From Candidatus Thorarchaeota archaeon (lineage in GTDB: Archaea; Asgardarchaeota; Thorarchaeia; Thorarchaeales; Thorarchaeaceae): DNA of 64,000 nt. Shown here piece by piece: positions 28,911 to 39,492 of the stretch (the stretch's first letter is position 1; every line of letters starts with the position of its first letter). The notes under the pieces were generated by a model. That model saw only the letters and a list, made by a program, of their open reading frames with translations. It searched no databases and had not been told where the DNA came from. The stretch spans positions 512,001 to 576,000 of the forward strand of contig CAVSBO010000003.1 of NCBI GenBank assembly GCA_963726195.1, given 5' to 3'. A program made the position numbers and the translations under genes.

Positions 28911-31262
28911 TCAGGCTACGCCGCTGCTGAATTCGGTACGAGCAATCACCTCGTCCTGAACAAACGGATCTAGTTCGATGAAGTATGCACTATACCCTGC
29001 CACCCTAACTATCAAGTCTCTGTGCTGGAGAGGGTGAACCTTTGCATCCTCAAGCGTCTCTCGAGAGAGAACGTTGAACTGGACGTGCAATCCGCCAAGC
29101 TTGAAGTAGGCATCGATGAGTCCTATGAAGTTATCACGACCGGCCGCAGATGAAAAGATCTGGGGGCTGAACTTCATGTTGTACAGGGTTCCATTGTAAC
29201 ATAGGCCATGACCCAACCGGGCCACTGACTTCATGGCGGCAGTGGGACCGTGGACGTCCCTATTGTGAGCTGGTGAGACTCCATCTGACAGCATTACTCC
29301 CGCACGGCGACCGTCGGGCGTAGCTCCCACGGACTCTCCTTGAGGAATATACATCGACACTGAGAATAGCGCTGCATGATAGGGACCATTGCGGGTTGTC
29401 ATCCTGCTCTGTACAGATTCGCAAAATGCCTTTCCAATTTCACGAGCTATCATGTCAACACGTTCAATGTCATTGCCATACTTGTCGGGGTCGTTCTCGA
29501 ATCGAACCCTCATATCTTCAAAGCCCTCGTAGTTCCTAGAGAGAGCATTCAGAATCTGTTCCATTTTCACCTTCTTGGTTTCGAAGACTTGCTTTCTCAA
29601 GACTGAAAGTGAATCTGTGGCAATCGCAATACCAACGCCCTGAATTCCTCCAGCGTTGTACTTTGCTCCGCCCTCCTGCATTGTCCGGCCTGTTTCGACA
29701 CAGCCCGTGAGGAGAGATGAGATGAAGGAGGTAGGTGCGAGCTTTGCGTGGACTTCGGCGGCAACGCGGTCCGCCTTGGTGAGAAGATCGACTGTGTAGT
29801 CAAGCTGCTTTCTATATGCACCCCAGAGATCGTCATAACTCTTGAAAATGCGAGGATCGCCGGTCTCGATTCCTACCATCATGCCGGTCTTTGGGTCCTT
29901 GCCGTTGTTCAAAGTGATTTCAAGGACCTTGGCGAAGTTGACGAAACCGATGTTGGGCCTGACGTCTGCCTCTCCCTCGATTATAGGTTCGACACAACCG
30001 AGGATTGAGTAGTCAAAGGTCTCCTTGGTGTCAACGCCCTTCTTCTTCATCATCGGGATAATGACTTCATCATTGAACAGACCGGGCATGCCAAGACCCT
30101 TTGACACAACTTCAACAACCTTGAGCTTCGCATCCTTGGGCGTCTTGCTGTGCCAGCGGAAGGAGACCGTGGGCTGCGTGACTCTCATATTCTTCGTTGC
30201 CTCGAGGGCAAGATATGTGACCTCGTTGCTTGCATCGTTTCCGCGCTCGTCTTGTCCACCGATTGTCAGGTTCTGGAACATCGGGTGCCCCGCGAATGCA
30301 ACGCTATAGTACTCATCTCGAAGCTTGATTAAGGAAGAGAACTTCATCCAGAGCATTTCGACCAGCTCTAGAGCCTGGTCTCTATTGATTTTTCCCGACT
30401 TGACATCCGCAGCATAGTACGGATACACGTATTGATCAAAGCGGCCCGTTGATATCGAGTGGCCATTACCTTCGGTCTGAACGAGAAGCTGGACGAACCA
30501 GAAGGACTGCAATGCCTCTTGGAAGCTGGATGCAGGCTTCATCGGCACAGTACTACATATCCTTGAGATCTCTTGTAGTTCCTTCTTACGTTGTGGGTCT
30601 TTTTCTTCATTCGCCATCTTCGCCGCGAGGGTGCTGAATCTTCGAGCAAAGCGGTCGATAGCGTTGATTTCGATTTCCACAGCATTATAGAATGAGGTCT
30701 TCTCAGGATTGTTGCGAGCTTGACTTCGCAGCTTCATCACCTGTCCTAAGACTGATCCGAGACCTGTCTGGATTACCTTCTTGTAGTCAACAATGACATG
30801 TCCTATCCCTGTACCGGGGGCACCAATGGTGAAGAGACCCGCTTGAGCTGCTCGCTGAGATTCCTGGGGCATGGTCTGAGCACAAATCTCAGCAGTGCTC
30901 TTGCCGCGCCAATACTTGAAAACCTCTCGCAGCTTGTCCTTGTCGTCCGGCCCTAGGTCGAACTTCTCTGTCCGCCTCTTGTCGAATCTGTCTAGCTCCT
31001 TTTCAATCCAAGTCCAGCTATACTCAGGGAAAATCTGACAGGACCTTGGGGTAGGACCCATGTTACCGACTATCAGCTCACCGGGCTGAATCTGTATGGT
31101 CATGTTGTCCAAGACGTAGGCGAATGCCTTCGCCAATCTATCCTTCGTTGGCTCGTTCTCGTGTTGGCGCAAGTATTGTGTGAATAGGTACGCTCTTTCC
31201 GAGGATATGGTCGGGCGAGAGTTGAGCATACGGTCTCGCATCGCCATTGTGCGGGAGGTCAT
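28911..31262 (-). CDS. Glycyl radical enzyme, dehydratase/eliminase class (single active-site Cys)
   Basis: Cys loop GCVEP, Gly loop RVAGYS, GHVIVDY, NGHSIS.GRFDQY, AGHPMFQNLTIGG. It lacks the Cys-Cys pair of true PFL. Confidence 0.92.
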   Translation of the reverse strand: MTSRTMAMRDRMLNSRPTISSERAYLFTQYLRQHENEPTKDRLAKAFAYVLDNMTIQIQPGELIVGNMGPTPRSCQIFPEYSWTWIEKELDRFDKRRTEKFDLGPDDKDKLREVFKYWRGKSTAEICAQTMPQESQRAAQAGLFTIGAPGTGIGHVIVDYKKVIQTGLGSVLGQVMKLRSQARNNPEKTSFYNAVEIEINAIDRFARRFSTLAAKMANEEKDPQRKKELQEISRICSTVPMKPASSFQEALQSFWFVQLLVQTEGNGHSISTGRFDQYVYPYYAADVKSGKINRDQALELVEMLWMKFSSLIKLRDEYYSVAFAGHPMFQNLTIGGQDERGNDASNEVTYLALEATKNMRVTQPTVSFRWHSKTPKDAKLKVVEVVSKGLGMPGLFNDEVIIPMMKKKGVDTKETFDYSILGCVEPIIEGEADVRPNIGFVNFAKVLEITLNNGKDPKTGMMVGIETGDPRIFKSYDDLWGAYRKQLDYTVDLLTKADRVAAEVHAKLAPTSFISSLLTGCVETGRTMQEGGAKYNAGGIQGVGIAIATDSLSVLRKQVFETKKVKMEQILNALSRNYEGFEDMRVRFENDPDKYGNDIERVDMIAREIGKAFCESVQSRMTTRNGPYHAALFSVSMYIPQGESVGATPDGRRAGVMLSDGVSPAHNRDVHGPTAAMKSVARLGHGLCYNGTLYNMKFSPQIFSSAAGRDNFIGLIDAYFKLGGLHVQFNVLSRETLEDAKVHPLQHRDLIVRVAGYSAYFIELDPFVQDEVIARTEFSSGVA

Positions 31263-31306
31263 AAGAACCATAGGCGCGTGAAGACTATATATCATTCATC
31301 ATGTGG

Positions 31307-32476
31307 TCATCTGCTCTTCTTGAGCAGCTTGGGCAAGTAAGAGTCGAGGCGCCCCAGAGTATCCTGAATCACCTCGGTAGATACTGCATAACACAGTCTC
31401 AGGTATCCTTCTCCGTATTTCCCGAACCCTGAACCATGCACCAAGACTACGCCAGTGTCATCAAGAATCTTCACTGCTAAGTCGAAAGACTTCATCTTGT
31501 ACGCCGAAACGTCTGGGAAGACATAGAATGCTCCTCCAGGAGGGTCGACCTTGATGCCTTCGATTGACTGGAGACCTTTTGTGATGACGTCTCTTCGCTT
31601 TCTGAACGTATCGAGCATCGTCTTGACACAATCTTGGGGGCCGTTGACCGCGGCCTCGGCAGCTTTCTGGGAAATCGCTGTCGGCATCGACAGGATGTGC
31701 TCCTGCAGTCTGACCATTGCGGCAACTACCTCTTCTGGCCCGATTGCGAAACCTATTCTCCAGCCGGTCATCGCATAGCTCTTGGAGAACGAGAAGAGCG
31801 TCACAGTCCTTTCCTTCATACCGGGCAGAGAACCAATGAAGAGTGGCTTCTCTGTTCCGTACCGGAACTTCTCGTATGCTTCGTCAGCAAGCACGAAGAT
31901 GTTCTTCGCAATTGCCAACTCTGCTATCTTCTTGAGTTCCGAGCTGGGGATCGTGGCTCCAGTTGGGTTGTTTGGATAGTTGATGACAAGAAGCTTCGTC
32001 TTCTTTGTAATGAGTTTCTCAATGTCCTCGGCGCGGACTGCAAAGTCGTTTTCCTTCTTTAGCTGAACAGGAACTGGAACGCCGCCAGCGAGCATGATGT
32101 GAGCATAATGACTAACAAAGCCGGGGTCGGGATAGATGACTTCGTCGCCCGGGTTCACGAGAACAAGATTGGCGAGTAAAAGAGAGCCCATGCCACCAGC
32201 AGTACAGATAATCTCTTTCTCCGGATTGGCCTCGATTCCATTCTCCTTCTTGGCTTTCTTTGCGAGTGCTTCCCGAACCTCGATAAGTCCAGCGTTGTGA
32301 GTGTATTTGGTGTAGCCATCGTCAATGGCTTTCTTGGCTGCCGCCTTGATGAAGTCAGGCGTGTCAAAGTCTGGCTGACCCACGGTCAGATCGAGGATGT
32401 TCGGGCGGCCTCGCGCCATGTTGTACATCTTGCGGATTTCAGAAGCGGGGACAAGCTTGGTTCTGTCTGCGAGCAT
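31307..32476 (-). CDS. Class I/II PLP-dependent aminotransferase
   Basis: GQPDFDTP, NYPNNPTG, DEAY, SFSKSYAMTGWRIG. Confidence 0.93.
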   Translation of the reverse strand: MLADRTKLVPASEIRKMYNMARGRPNILDLTVGQPDFDTPDFIKAAAKKAIDDGYTKYTHNAGLIEVREALAKKAKKENGIEANPEKEIICTAGGMGSLLLANLVLVNPGDEVIYPDPGFVSHYAHIMLAGGVPVPVQLKKENDFAVRAEDIEKLITKKTKLLVINYPNNPTGATIPSSELKKIAELAIAKNIFVLADEAYEKFRYGTEKPLFIGSLPGMKERTVTLFSFSKSYAMTGWRIGFAIGPEEVVAAMVRLQEHILSMPTAISQKAAEAAVNGPQDCVKTMLDTFRKRRDVITKGLQSIEGIKVDPPGGAFYVFPDVSAYKMKSFDLAVKILDDTGVVLVHGSGFGKYGEGYLRLCYAVSTEVIQDTLGRLDSYLPKLLKKSR

Positions 32477-32653
32477 GGCTCATACCTACCTAGAATTGAT
32501 GTGTGAGCCCGCTTTCAACGCCCTCTTAAAGATACTCGATTGTGACACCGAGGACAGGCGGTCTAGGCGGCCTCTCACAAAGCCTTCATTCCATAGCAGA
32601 TTTAAGAAAGCCAGTATCACACCGTGCAAAGCGCGAACACATGGTGAAACACT

Positions 32654-33124
32654 ACGGCGTCTCCAACGGCAGATAATGTGCGAAAAGTTAGCATGGTTAC
32701 TCTTGCCAGCGCACACGCAATATACGTGGAAGCAGTACGGAAGTCGATGGGAGGGAAAGGCCTCACCACCATAGGCGAAGCCAATCGACTTCACGGCATC
32801 GAACTCGGAAAAGCGGGCATCAAGGAAGGCGGTCTCCGAAAAGGCGACCTCAAGTCGATTATTGAGTTCTTCATTGCGGCACATCCGTACTTCGGTTTTG
32901 AAATTGAACTTCAGAAAGCAACGGACAAGGAACTCGAGATGAAGGTCACCTACTGCCCTTGGATAGACACGTTCAAGGCCGAACATGCGGGACAAGATAT
33001 CTGTGATTGGGTCACGAAGATGGATGAAGGAATTGGTCAGGCAGTTGACCCCAAGGCGAAGATGACATTGCCTAAGTGCATGATGCGCGGCGATGAGTAC
33101 TGTGTGTATCGTTACTCAAAGTGA
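32654..33124 (+). CDS. L-2-amino-thiazoline-4-carboxylate hydrolase-like (V4R-related) protein
   Basis: KVTYCPW..ICDW..KCMMRGDEYC cysteine pattern; start uncertain (32641-32678). Confidence 0.6.
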   Translation, partial: TASPTADNVRKVSMVTLASAHAIYVEAVRKSMGGKGLTTIGEANRLHGIELGKAGIKEGGLRKGDLKSIIEFFIAAHPYFGFEIELQKATDKELEMKVTYCPWIDTFKAEHAGQDICDWVTKMDEGIGQAVDPKAKMTLPKCMMRGDEYCVYRYSK

Positions 33125-33159
33125 CCAGTATATGATTCATGGTCTTCAGGTGATGACTA

Positions 33160-33825
33160 ATGAGCAAGAAAGCAAGCATAATTGACCGATGCAAGAAGCT
33201 GTACGTGCCTGCGCTTTCCGATGGCGCAGACGAGATTGGACTGCGCAACGTCTGCATGGATAGCAGAATTGCACCCGTAACCAAGAATAGGATTGTCGTG
33301 GGTTTCGCCAGACCGGCCAAGCTCGTGCCCACAGCCCCTCGAATCCCCTACAATGAAGTTCAATTGGAGGCTTTCATGAAGATAGCGACCGAGGCCAAGA
33401 AGGATGATGTCGTGGTCATCCAGATGTCTGGGGCCACAGACTGCTCAGGTTGGGGTCAGATAATGACCAAGATTAGCATTTCGCGCGGGCTGCGTGGGGC
33501 TGTCGTTGACGGCACGGTAAGAGACGTAGATGAGACGGACAAGCTCGGTTTTGCGGTGTTTGCGAGGGGTCGTCATCCTGGAACCATGCGGGCAAGGTTA
33601 GACATCGAGTCTATTGGCGAGCCGACAGTGTGCGGCGGAGTGACCGTGCATCAGGGAGACCTCCTCTTTGGAGATGGAGACGGTATTGTTCTGATTCCAG
33701 AGAACAGAACAGAAGAGGTCTTGGCAGCGGCTGAACGCGTGGTTGCAACGGACAAGTGGTGGGGGAGTATGCTTGACCAAGGCAAGGACCCACAGGAACT
33801 TCACAAGCAGAAACCCATCCCTTAG
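33160..33825 (+). CDS. RraA / HMG-CHA aldolase family protein
   Basis: WGQIM, GAVVDGTVRD, CGGVTVHQGDLLFGDGDGIV. Confidence 0.88.
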   Translation: MSKKASIIDRCKKLYVPALSDGADEIGLRNVCMDSRIAPVTKNRIVVGFARPAKLVPTAPRIPYNEVQLEAFMKIATEAKKDDVVVIQMSGATDCSGWGQIMTKISISRGLRGAVVDGTVRDVDETDKLGFAVFARGRHPGTMRARLDIESIGEPTVCGGVTVHQGDLLFGDGDGIVLIPENRTEEVLAAAERVVATDKWWGSMLDQGKDPQELHKQKPIP

Positions 33826-33960
33826 GACAGTGGACACGTATGGTCTGCAGACTCATCTGATGGGCCTGCCACTTTCGTCCTCACATGAGAAGAGTACTCC
33901 GTTCGTTATGCGGTCACTGAATTAGATGCGAACGACGACTTGCTCTGGCAGAATGGCACC

Positions 33961-35089
33961 CTAGGAGATGGGGTAAGTGCCCTTCTTCTCGGCGTAGTCG
34001 TACAGGTACACTATCTTCTCGGGTGTAGAGTCATCCTGAATATTGTGGGCCGGCGCCAATATGTAGCCGCCGCCCGGTGCTAGAGCCTTGAGCCTCTTGT
34101 CCACTTCTGCTCGAAGGTCATTCTTTGTACCTTGTGAGGACATTGCATGCTGCAAGTCAATTGCTCCGTGGAAAGTCAGCCTGCTGCCGTACTTCTTCTT
34201 GAGTTCTGCAGAGTCCATACCTTTTGCCAGCGGCTCGAATTGGATTCAGGATGTCAACGCCCACCTCTATGAGGTCGTTGATCATCGGTTCTATTGCTCC
34301 ACAGCTGTGATACAGAATCTTGACATTGGGTGCTCTCCTGTGAATGTCTTGGTATATCCGCACATGTCTCGGCTTAACCAACCGTCGGTACATGGCCGGA
34401 CTCATAATGAGCCCATTCTGGTGCCCAAGGTCGTCACCCACTTGCACCACATCTAAGTACTCTCCAACTTCGTCCAAGAAGACGCGATTCATCTCCAAAG
34501 CTAGGTCCATGCATTTGCCCATCATAGCCTCAGCGAGCTTCGTGTGCTCGACCAAGTCTACAAGAAACTTATCGAAGCCTCTCATGAAATGAGCACACAT
34601 CTCGAAGACACCCCAAGGACCCCCGACCATACCGACAACTGCATACTCACCTTTCTCGTGCAGCTGCTTGGCCCATTCGACCACACCTTCCATTCTTGAT
34701 GGATCGTCAGGGTCCATCCATTCGTACTCTTCTATCTGCTCGACTTCTGTGGCGTCTGCCCAAGGGTAGTACACGACCTCCCAGTACGGGCCATACCATT
34801 TTCCTCGGAAACCCATCTCACTATCCGTCGAGCCGTCCGGATAGGTCTTCGACTTGAAGGACGATGCTTCGTTCATATAGACACGTCTGAAATCCAAGTG
34901 GAGTCGGCGCAGCATTTCCTCAGATATCTTCCAAGAACTCATTATGCCCCATTCTTGGGTCTCAGGGGCCGTAATCTTGAGATAGTCGCGGACTTTCGCA
35001 TACGCGGCTGGGGTGATCCAGAAGTCCAATGGAACCCTGTCCGGTTCCTCATGGTCGACTATCTTGTAGTATCTCTCTCGAGGCTTCAT
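33961..35089 (-). CDS. Uroporphyrinogen decarboxylase / MtaA-CmuA family protein (frameshift near 34237)
   Basis: MKPRER..EPDRVP, GDDLGHQ, HSCG, ILNPI/PL, GGGYILAPAHNIQ. Confidence 0.85.
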
Positions 35090-35244
35090 CAGGAGGACCC
35101 GACGGAAATCCACTATTAAAAGAGCTGCATACGAAACAATGCCGTCTTTAACAAGACTATTCCCGCGGATTTAATAACTGGGAGTTTTCCTTGCTCGACC
35201 AACGTTATCCCATGTAAGGGGAGCATCATCTGGAGAGACATGCG

Positions 35245-36627
35245 ATGGTTGATGTTTCGAAAGTAACGCAGCTGCTCAAGCAGGCCGTGGATCCGAAACG
35301 CGTCACTGACCGGGATTTTGACCTAGTGGCATATAGCAGGGACTTGAGCCCTGCGAGACAGAAGATGGCCACACATATCGTAATGCCTGAGAGTCGTGAC
35401 GAGGTTCGCCGGATTCTTCGAGTTGCATCTGACAGCAACGTCCCTGTCTACATTCGGGGAGGAGGCACGTCACACTGGGATGCTTATCTTCCTCAGGAGC
35501 CTGGAATACTCCTGGACATGAGCCTCATGAACCAGATACTCGAAATCAATGATAGAGATTTGACAGCAACCGTCCAGCCGAACTGCACTTGGGCGAAGCT
35601 AGACGAAGAGCTTAGGAAGAAGGGTCTGACCTATCTTTGCAGCGAAGCGGGCGGCCCGGCAATGACAATCGGAGGTTCAGTGATGAAAGCCGGCGGCGGT
35701 CCGCACGGCACTGCGAAGTTTGGGTTCCATGGCAATCAGGATGTCATAAGCCTCGAGATGGTATTGCCCAATGGCGACATCGTAGAAACCGGGTCAGCAG
35801 CTTGGCCATCAGCCGGTAAGTTCAAGCGGCAGTGTGTCGGACCCGACCTAGCTGGTCTCTTCATCGGTGCAGAAGGAATCCTCGGCATATGCACGGAGAT
35901 TACTCTGAGAATCCGTCCAGCAACTGACATCAAAGAAAGGTTGGTTATGACAATGAAGACCCTTGATGATGTCATCGAGTGAGGCCATTTCGTCAACCAT
36001 TTTGTGGGCGATGAGTATCTTCAAGGCTTCTATCTCTGGGTGGATCCAAATTCACCTGAAACCTTCCTCGTGATGATGGACATTTTTGGCTACGAGAAAG
36101 AAATAGTTGACCACAGGAAAGCACGCATCTTGGAGAAAATCGAAGAGCTAGGAGGAACACTCGGTGACAGAGCTCCGGCCGATGACTATTATGGAAGAAT
36201 TCTGACTGGGCTCACCGACATCTTCACTGCCGGTGTCTGGCATTTCTTCGGCTCGGGTTCACTGAGAATAGATGACATAAAGTTCCTCTATCGTGTATGG
36301 CGCGAGGAGCTCATTGAGAAAAGAGGTTACAAGAAGGCGGGATTTGGAGGCCAGGTGCTTCCGAGAGATTGGTTGGCATTCATGGTAACGAACTACAAAG
36401 AGCCCGCAGAATGGGACGAAATCATCAAAATCTCGGACGAAATCAATGATATTGTTCTGAACGGGCCCGTCGCTCCGTACGGAATCGGCGGTCGCGATGG
36501 CCTTCGACCGTTCCTTGAGAAACGAGACACCGGATACTACCGTCTACTGAAGACTATCAAGAAAGCGGTTGATCCGAAGGATATTCTGCAACGCGGCATG
36601 TTTATTCGAAAGGAGGATTTGATGTGA
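35245..36627 (+). CDS. GlcD-like FAD-linked oxidoreductase interrupted by an in-frame TGA (35980-35982)
   Basis: ORFs 35245 and 36004 share a frame. RGGGTS, GPDLAGLFIGAEG and C-terminal VDPKDIL together give a full-length ~460 aa protein. Confidence 0.85.
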
Positions 36628-37820
36628 GGATCGAGCAATATCGTGACATGATTTACGCCTGCGGAAGATGTGAGTTCTGCCGAGGCACAGAGTTTAGTGA
36701 TAGGTGTCCGCAGATCTTCACCCAGCGATGGGAGTCTTCGACGGCCCGAGGACGAATGGCCATCGCTCGCGCTATTCTCGAGGGCAAGCTCGATTATACA
36801 AAAGACCTCAGAGAGCGAGTCTTCGGATGTTTTCTATGTGGACGGTGCAGAGAGGAGTGCAAGAAAGCAGCTAAGATAGACATCGTTGCGATAACGAAAG
36901 CCATGCGTGCTGATTTCGTTGACAAGGGAATCGGCGCTCCTGAAGATGGCAGCAAGATGACAAATACGATGTCTCAGAAGGGCAACATCTTTGCAGACCC
37001 GGCCGCTGAACATACAAAGTGGGCTCAAGGTATCAAGTTCCAAAAAGGATCTGGCACCTTGTTCTTTCCAGGTTGCCTCGCTAGTCACAGATTCAAAGAG
37101 AAGACCCGCATCGTTGTTCAGGTGCTACAGGCGGCTGGTTACAAGCTGGACTTTCTTGGAGATGACCAGAAGTGCTGCGGCACACCCATGTGGATTACAG
37201 GCGATGTCAAGGCGGCAAAGCAATGGGCCCAGGATTACGTCAAGAAGTTGAAGGCACGAGGAGTCAAGGAGATAATCACGCCATGTCCAAGCTGCTTCAG
37301 AGCCTTCGATGAGGAGTACACTCAGCTGCTTGGCTTGAAAGAACCTCCATTCAAGGTGAGACATACTAGCCAAGTGCTCGAGGAGATTGTGACTCAGAAG
37401 CGACTTCCACTGAAGACTAGTGTAGCAAAGGTTGTCACATATCACGACCCGTGTGAAATCGGTCGCTACAGGGGAATGTACGACCAAGCTCGGAAAGTAC
37501 TAACAGCGATTCCGGGCGTTCAGTTCAAGGAAATGTCTCGCATCAGGGAACAAGCGTTCTGCTGTGGCGGCGGAGGCAGCTTGAAGATAATGTACCCCGA
37601 TTACTCGCAACAGGTCTCTGAAGAACGGCTGAAGGATGCCCTTCAGACGACTGCTTCTGTCCTTGCGACCATATGTCCAGCCTGCGAACTCAATCTGACT
37701 CATGCAGCGTACAAAGCTGACGCTCCGCTGCGAGTAGCTGATGTTGCAGAGATTGTTGCGGTATCAGCGGGGCTAGCAGACAAGGCGATTCTTGAGTCGG
37801 ACTATGTCTCTGAGGACTGA
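36624..37820 (+). CDS. GlcF/HdrD-like Fe-S CCG-domain protein
   Basis: CGRCEFC, CFLCGRC..C, KCCG, YHDPC, CCGGGG, ICPAC. Confidence 0.9.
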   Translation: MRIEQYRDMIYACGRCEFCRGTEFSDRCPQIFTQRWESSTARGRMAIARAILEGKLDYTKDLRERVFGCFLCGRCREECKKAAKIDIVAITKAMRADFVDKGIGAPEDGSKMTNTMSQKGNIFADPAAEHTKWAQGIKFQKGSGTLFFPGCLASHRFKEKTRIVVQVLQAAGYKLDFLGDDQKCCGTPMWITGDVKAAKQWAQDYVKKLKARGVKEIITPCPSCFRAFDEEYTQLLGLKEPPFKVRHTSQVLEEIVTQKRLPLKTSVAKVVTYHDPCEIGRYRGMYDQARKVLTAIPGVQFKEMSRIREQAFCCGGGGSLKIMYPDYSQQVSEERLKDALQTTASVLATICPACELNLTHAAYKADAPLRVADVAEIVAVSAGLADKAILESDYVSED

Positions 37821-37913
37821 AGGCGAACGGACCGTCCCCAACTTGTCGCTGAGTGAATCGACAGACCTCATGCCAAATGAGCAGATAGAGATGTAAACGA
37901 GGACAGGAAGCCA

Positions 37914-38210
37914 CTACCCGCCGACGGCTGCAATCATGAAAACGACGAGGTCTCCATCAGAGAGTTTCGTCTTCTCCCCCTTGCGTGCCACCATATTCAT
38001 GCCGTTGACAATCACTATCGTCTCTCTCTTCAGTGTCCTGTTCTCCGTATCGCTCAAGTAGATCCTGAACCTCTGAGGTTGGTCCTCATACAGCTCGTCA
38101 ATTAGGTCTCGTACCGTCGCATCTTGTCCTGTCTCGAAAGGAAACTTGTCATGCTCGGTTGACTTTAACCCCTTGGCCATGAGCTTTACGAAGACCTGAG
38201 CCATACTCAC
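37914..38210 (-). CDS. MoaD/ThiS/SAMP ubiquitin-fold sulfur carrier
   Basis: IVNG..LSDGD.V..AAVGG with C-terminal diglycine. Confidence 0.88.
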   Translation of the reverse strand: MSMAQVFVKLMAKGLKSTEHDKFPFETGQDATVRDLIDELYEDQPQRFRIYLSDTENRTLKRETIVIVNGMNMVARKGEKTKLSDGDLVVFMIAAVGG

Positions 38211-38487
38211 TCAGCTCCTTCTCTACAGTCCTCTCTCTTCTTAAAGTTTATATTAAGCATTTGGTGAACACTTAACTACCTGTACTGCGCAAGAGCAAGT
38301 GAGCAGGACGACTGGAGAACGAGGCAGAACTCCCTCAAGCACGCAATCCTTGCTCGCCTGAGGACGACAGACTAGCTCGTTTTCCGCCGCGAAATCATCG
38401 ACATGTGTAGCGGTATGATTTGAATCCACTGAAACTCCTGATGCACATGAGAGGGCCCAACAATAGAAACCACGGCGGTGTCACACA

Positions 38488-39258
38488 ATGGAAGCAAGAG
38501 AGCAAAAACGAACCCTCAAGCAATGGCTGGCAGAGAATGCACGAGTGAAACCGGTGCACTACAAGGAAATAGCGGGAGCACTTGGAAGAGATCCCGGTTC
38601 TGTGTCTGCGTCCTTGTCAATCGAGTGGAAACAGGCCCAGATGGATAAGCGTCCTGCGTATTTCATGAGAGTGGGTCCAGGTCTGTATCGCTACAACGAT
38701 ATTTGCGAGGGAGCCGTGGACGAAGACCTCATCGTAGAGGTAAGAGACCGAGCGGAAGAATTCAATGCGGTTACTCGGAGGGACATGGGAGAGGCCATTG
38801 CAGCACTGGATGTCAGAGCCTTCGAGAGGCTAGCGGAGATAGTCTTGACCAATATACGCGCTAGAGTTGAGGAGATGGAAGTAATCGGGCGCGAAGAAAA
38901 CACGGTCATGATGAGGATTTCTTGGCGAGATGACGGTGGCCGCTCTCCGGTACTGGTATACGCGATTAAGTGCGAGCTCGAGGAAGAGATCGAGACTAGT
39001 ACCATCCTGCAGATAAGAGGAGCTCTTCCGATATACGAAGCCAATCAAGGAGTATTGATTTCCAATGGCCGAGTCAGCGAACAAGCCCGGAAAGCGGCGC
39101 TCGGCTATAATAACCATGACAAGAGAGTTTCAGTTCCGCCAATTCACTTAATGGACATCGACATTATCTTGAATGTCTTGCTCGAAAGCAGGACCGGCGT
39201 GAGAACCAAGCAAGTCGAGGTCTTGGTCCTAGACACTGATTTCTTCAAGAGATTATAG
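38488..39258 (+). CDS. Winged-HTH (HARE-like) plus Mrr-like endonuclease domain protein
   Basis: YFMRVGPGLYRY wing, AFERLAEIVL, QIRGAL..GVLISNG.VSEQAR..IHLMD. Confidence 0.7.
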   Translation: MEAREQKRTLKQWLAENARVKPVHYKEIAGALGRDPGSVSASLSIEWKQAQMDKRPAYFMRVGPGLYRYNDICEGAVDEDLIVEVRDRAEEFNAVTRRDMGEAIAALDVRAFERLAEIVLTNIRARVEEMEVIGREENTVMMRISWRDDGGRSPVLVYAIKCELEEEIETSTILQIRGALPIYEANQGVLISNGRVSEQARKAALGYNNHDKRVSVPPIHLMDIDIILNVLLESRTGVRTKQVEVLVLDTDFFKRL

Positions 39259-39492
39259 TACAAACCGCGCCTTTTCGATACCGTTCATGTCCGCACCAGA
39301 TGAAAATTCGATTGAGTGCGGCGAAACTGGTAACCACACGGTGCCGCTTTGGTGTTGCGGCTGGAAGAAGGAGCCAGTTACTCCTTTAATCTGTGGCCTG
39401 TCCTAAGCTTTAAGTACCAGTATTTGCAGATTGTCTTCATCACGGAACTCGGACAAAGAGTTCGTGAATGTAAAAATGGAGAAACGCGCAAG

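Noticed and set aside
28911-31262. Pyruvate formate-lyase
   Set aside because: It has the single-Cys GCVEP loop rather than the Cys-Cys motif of PFL.
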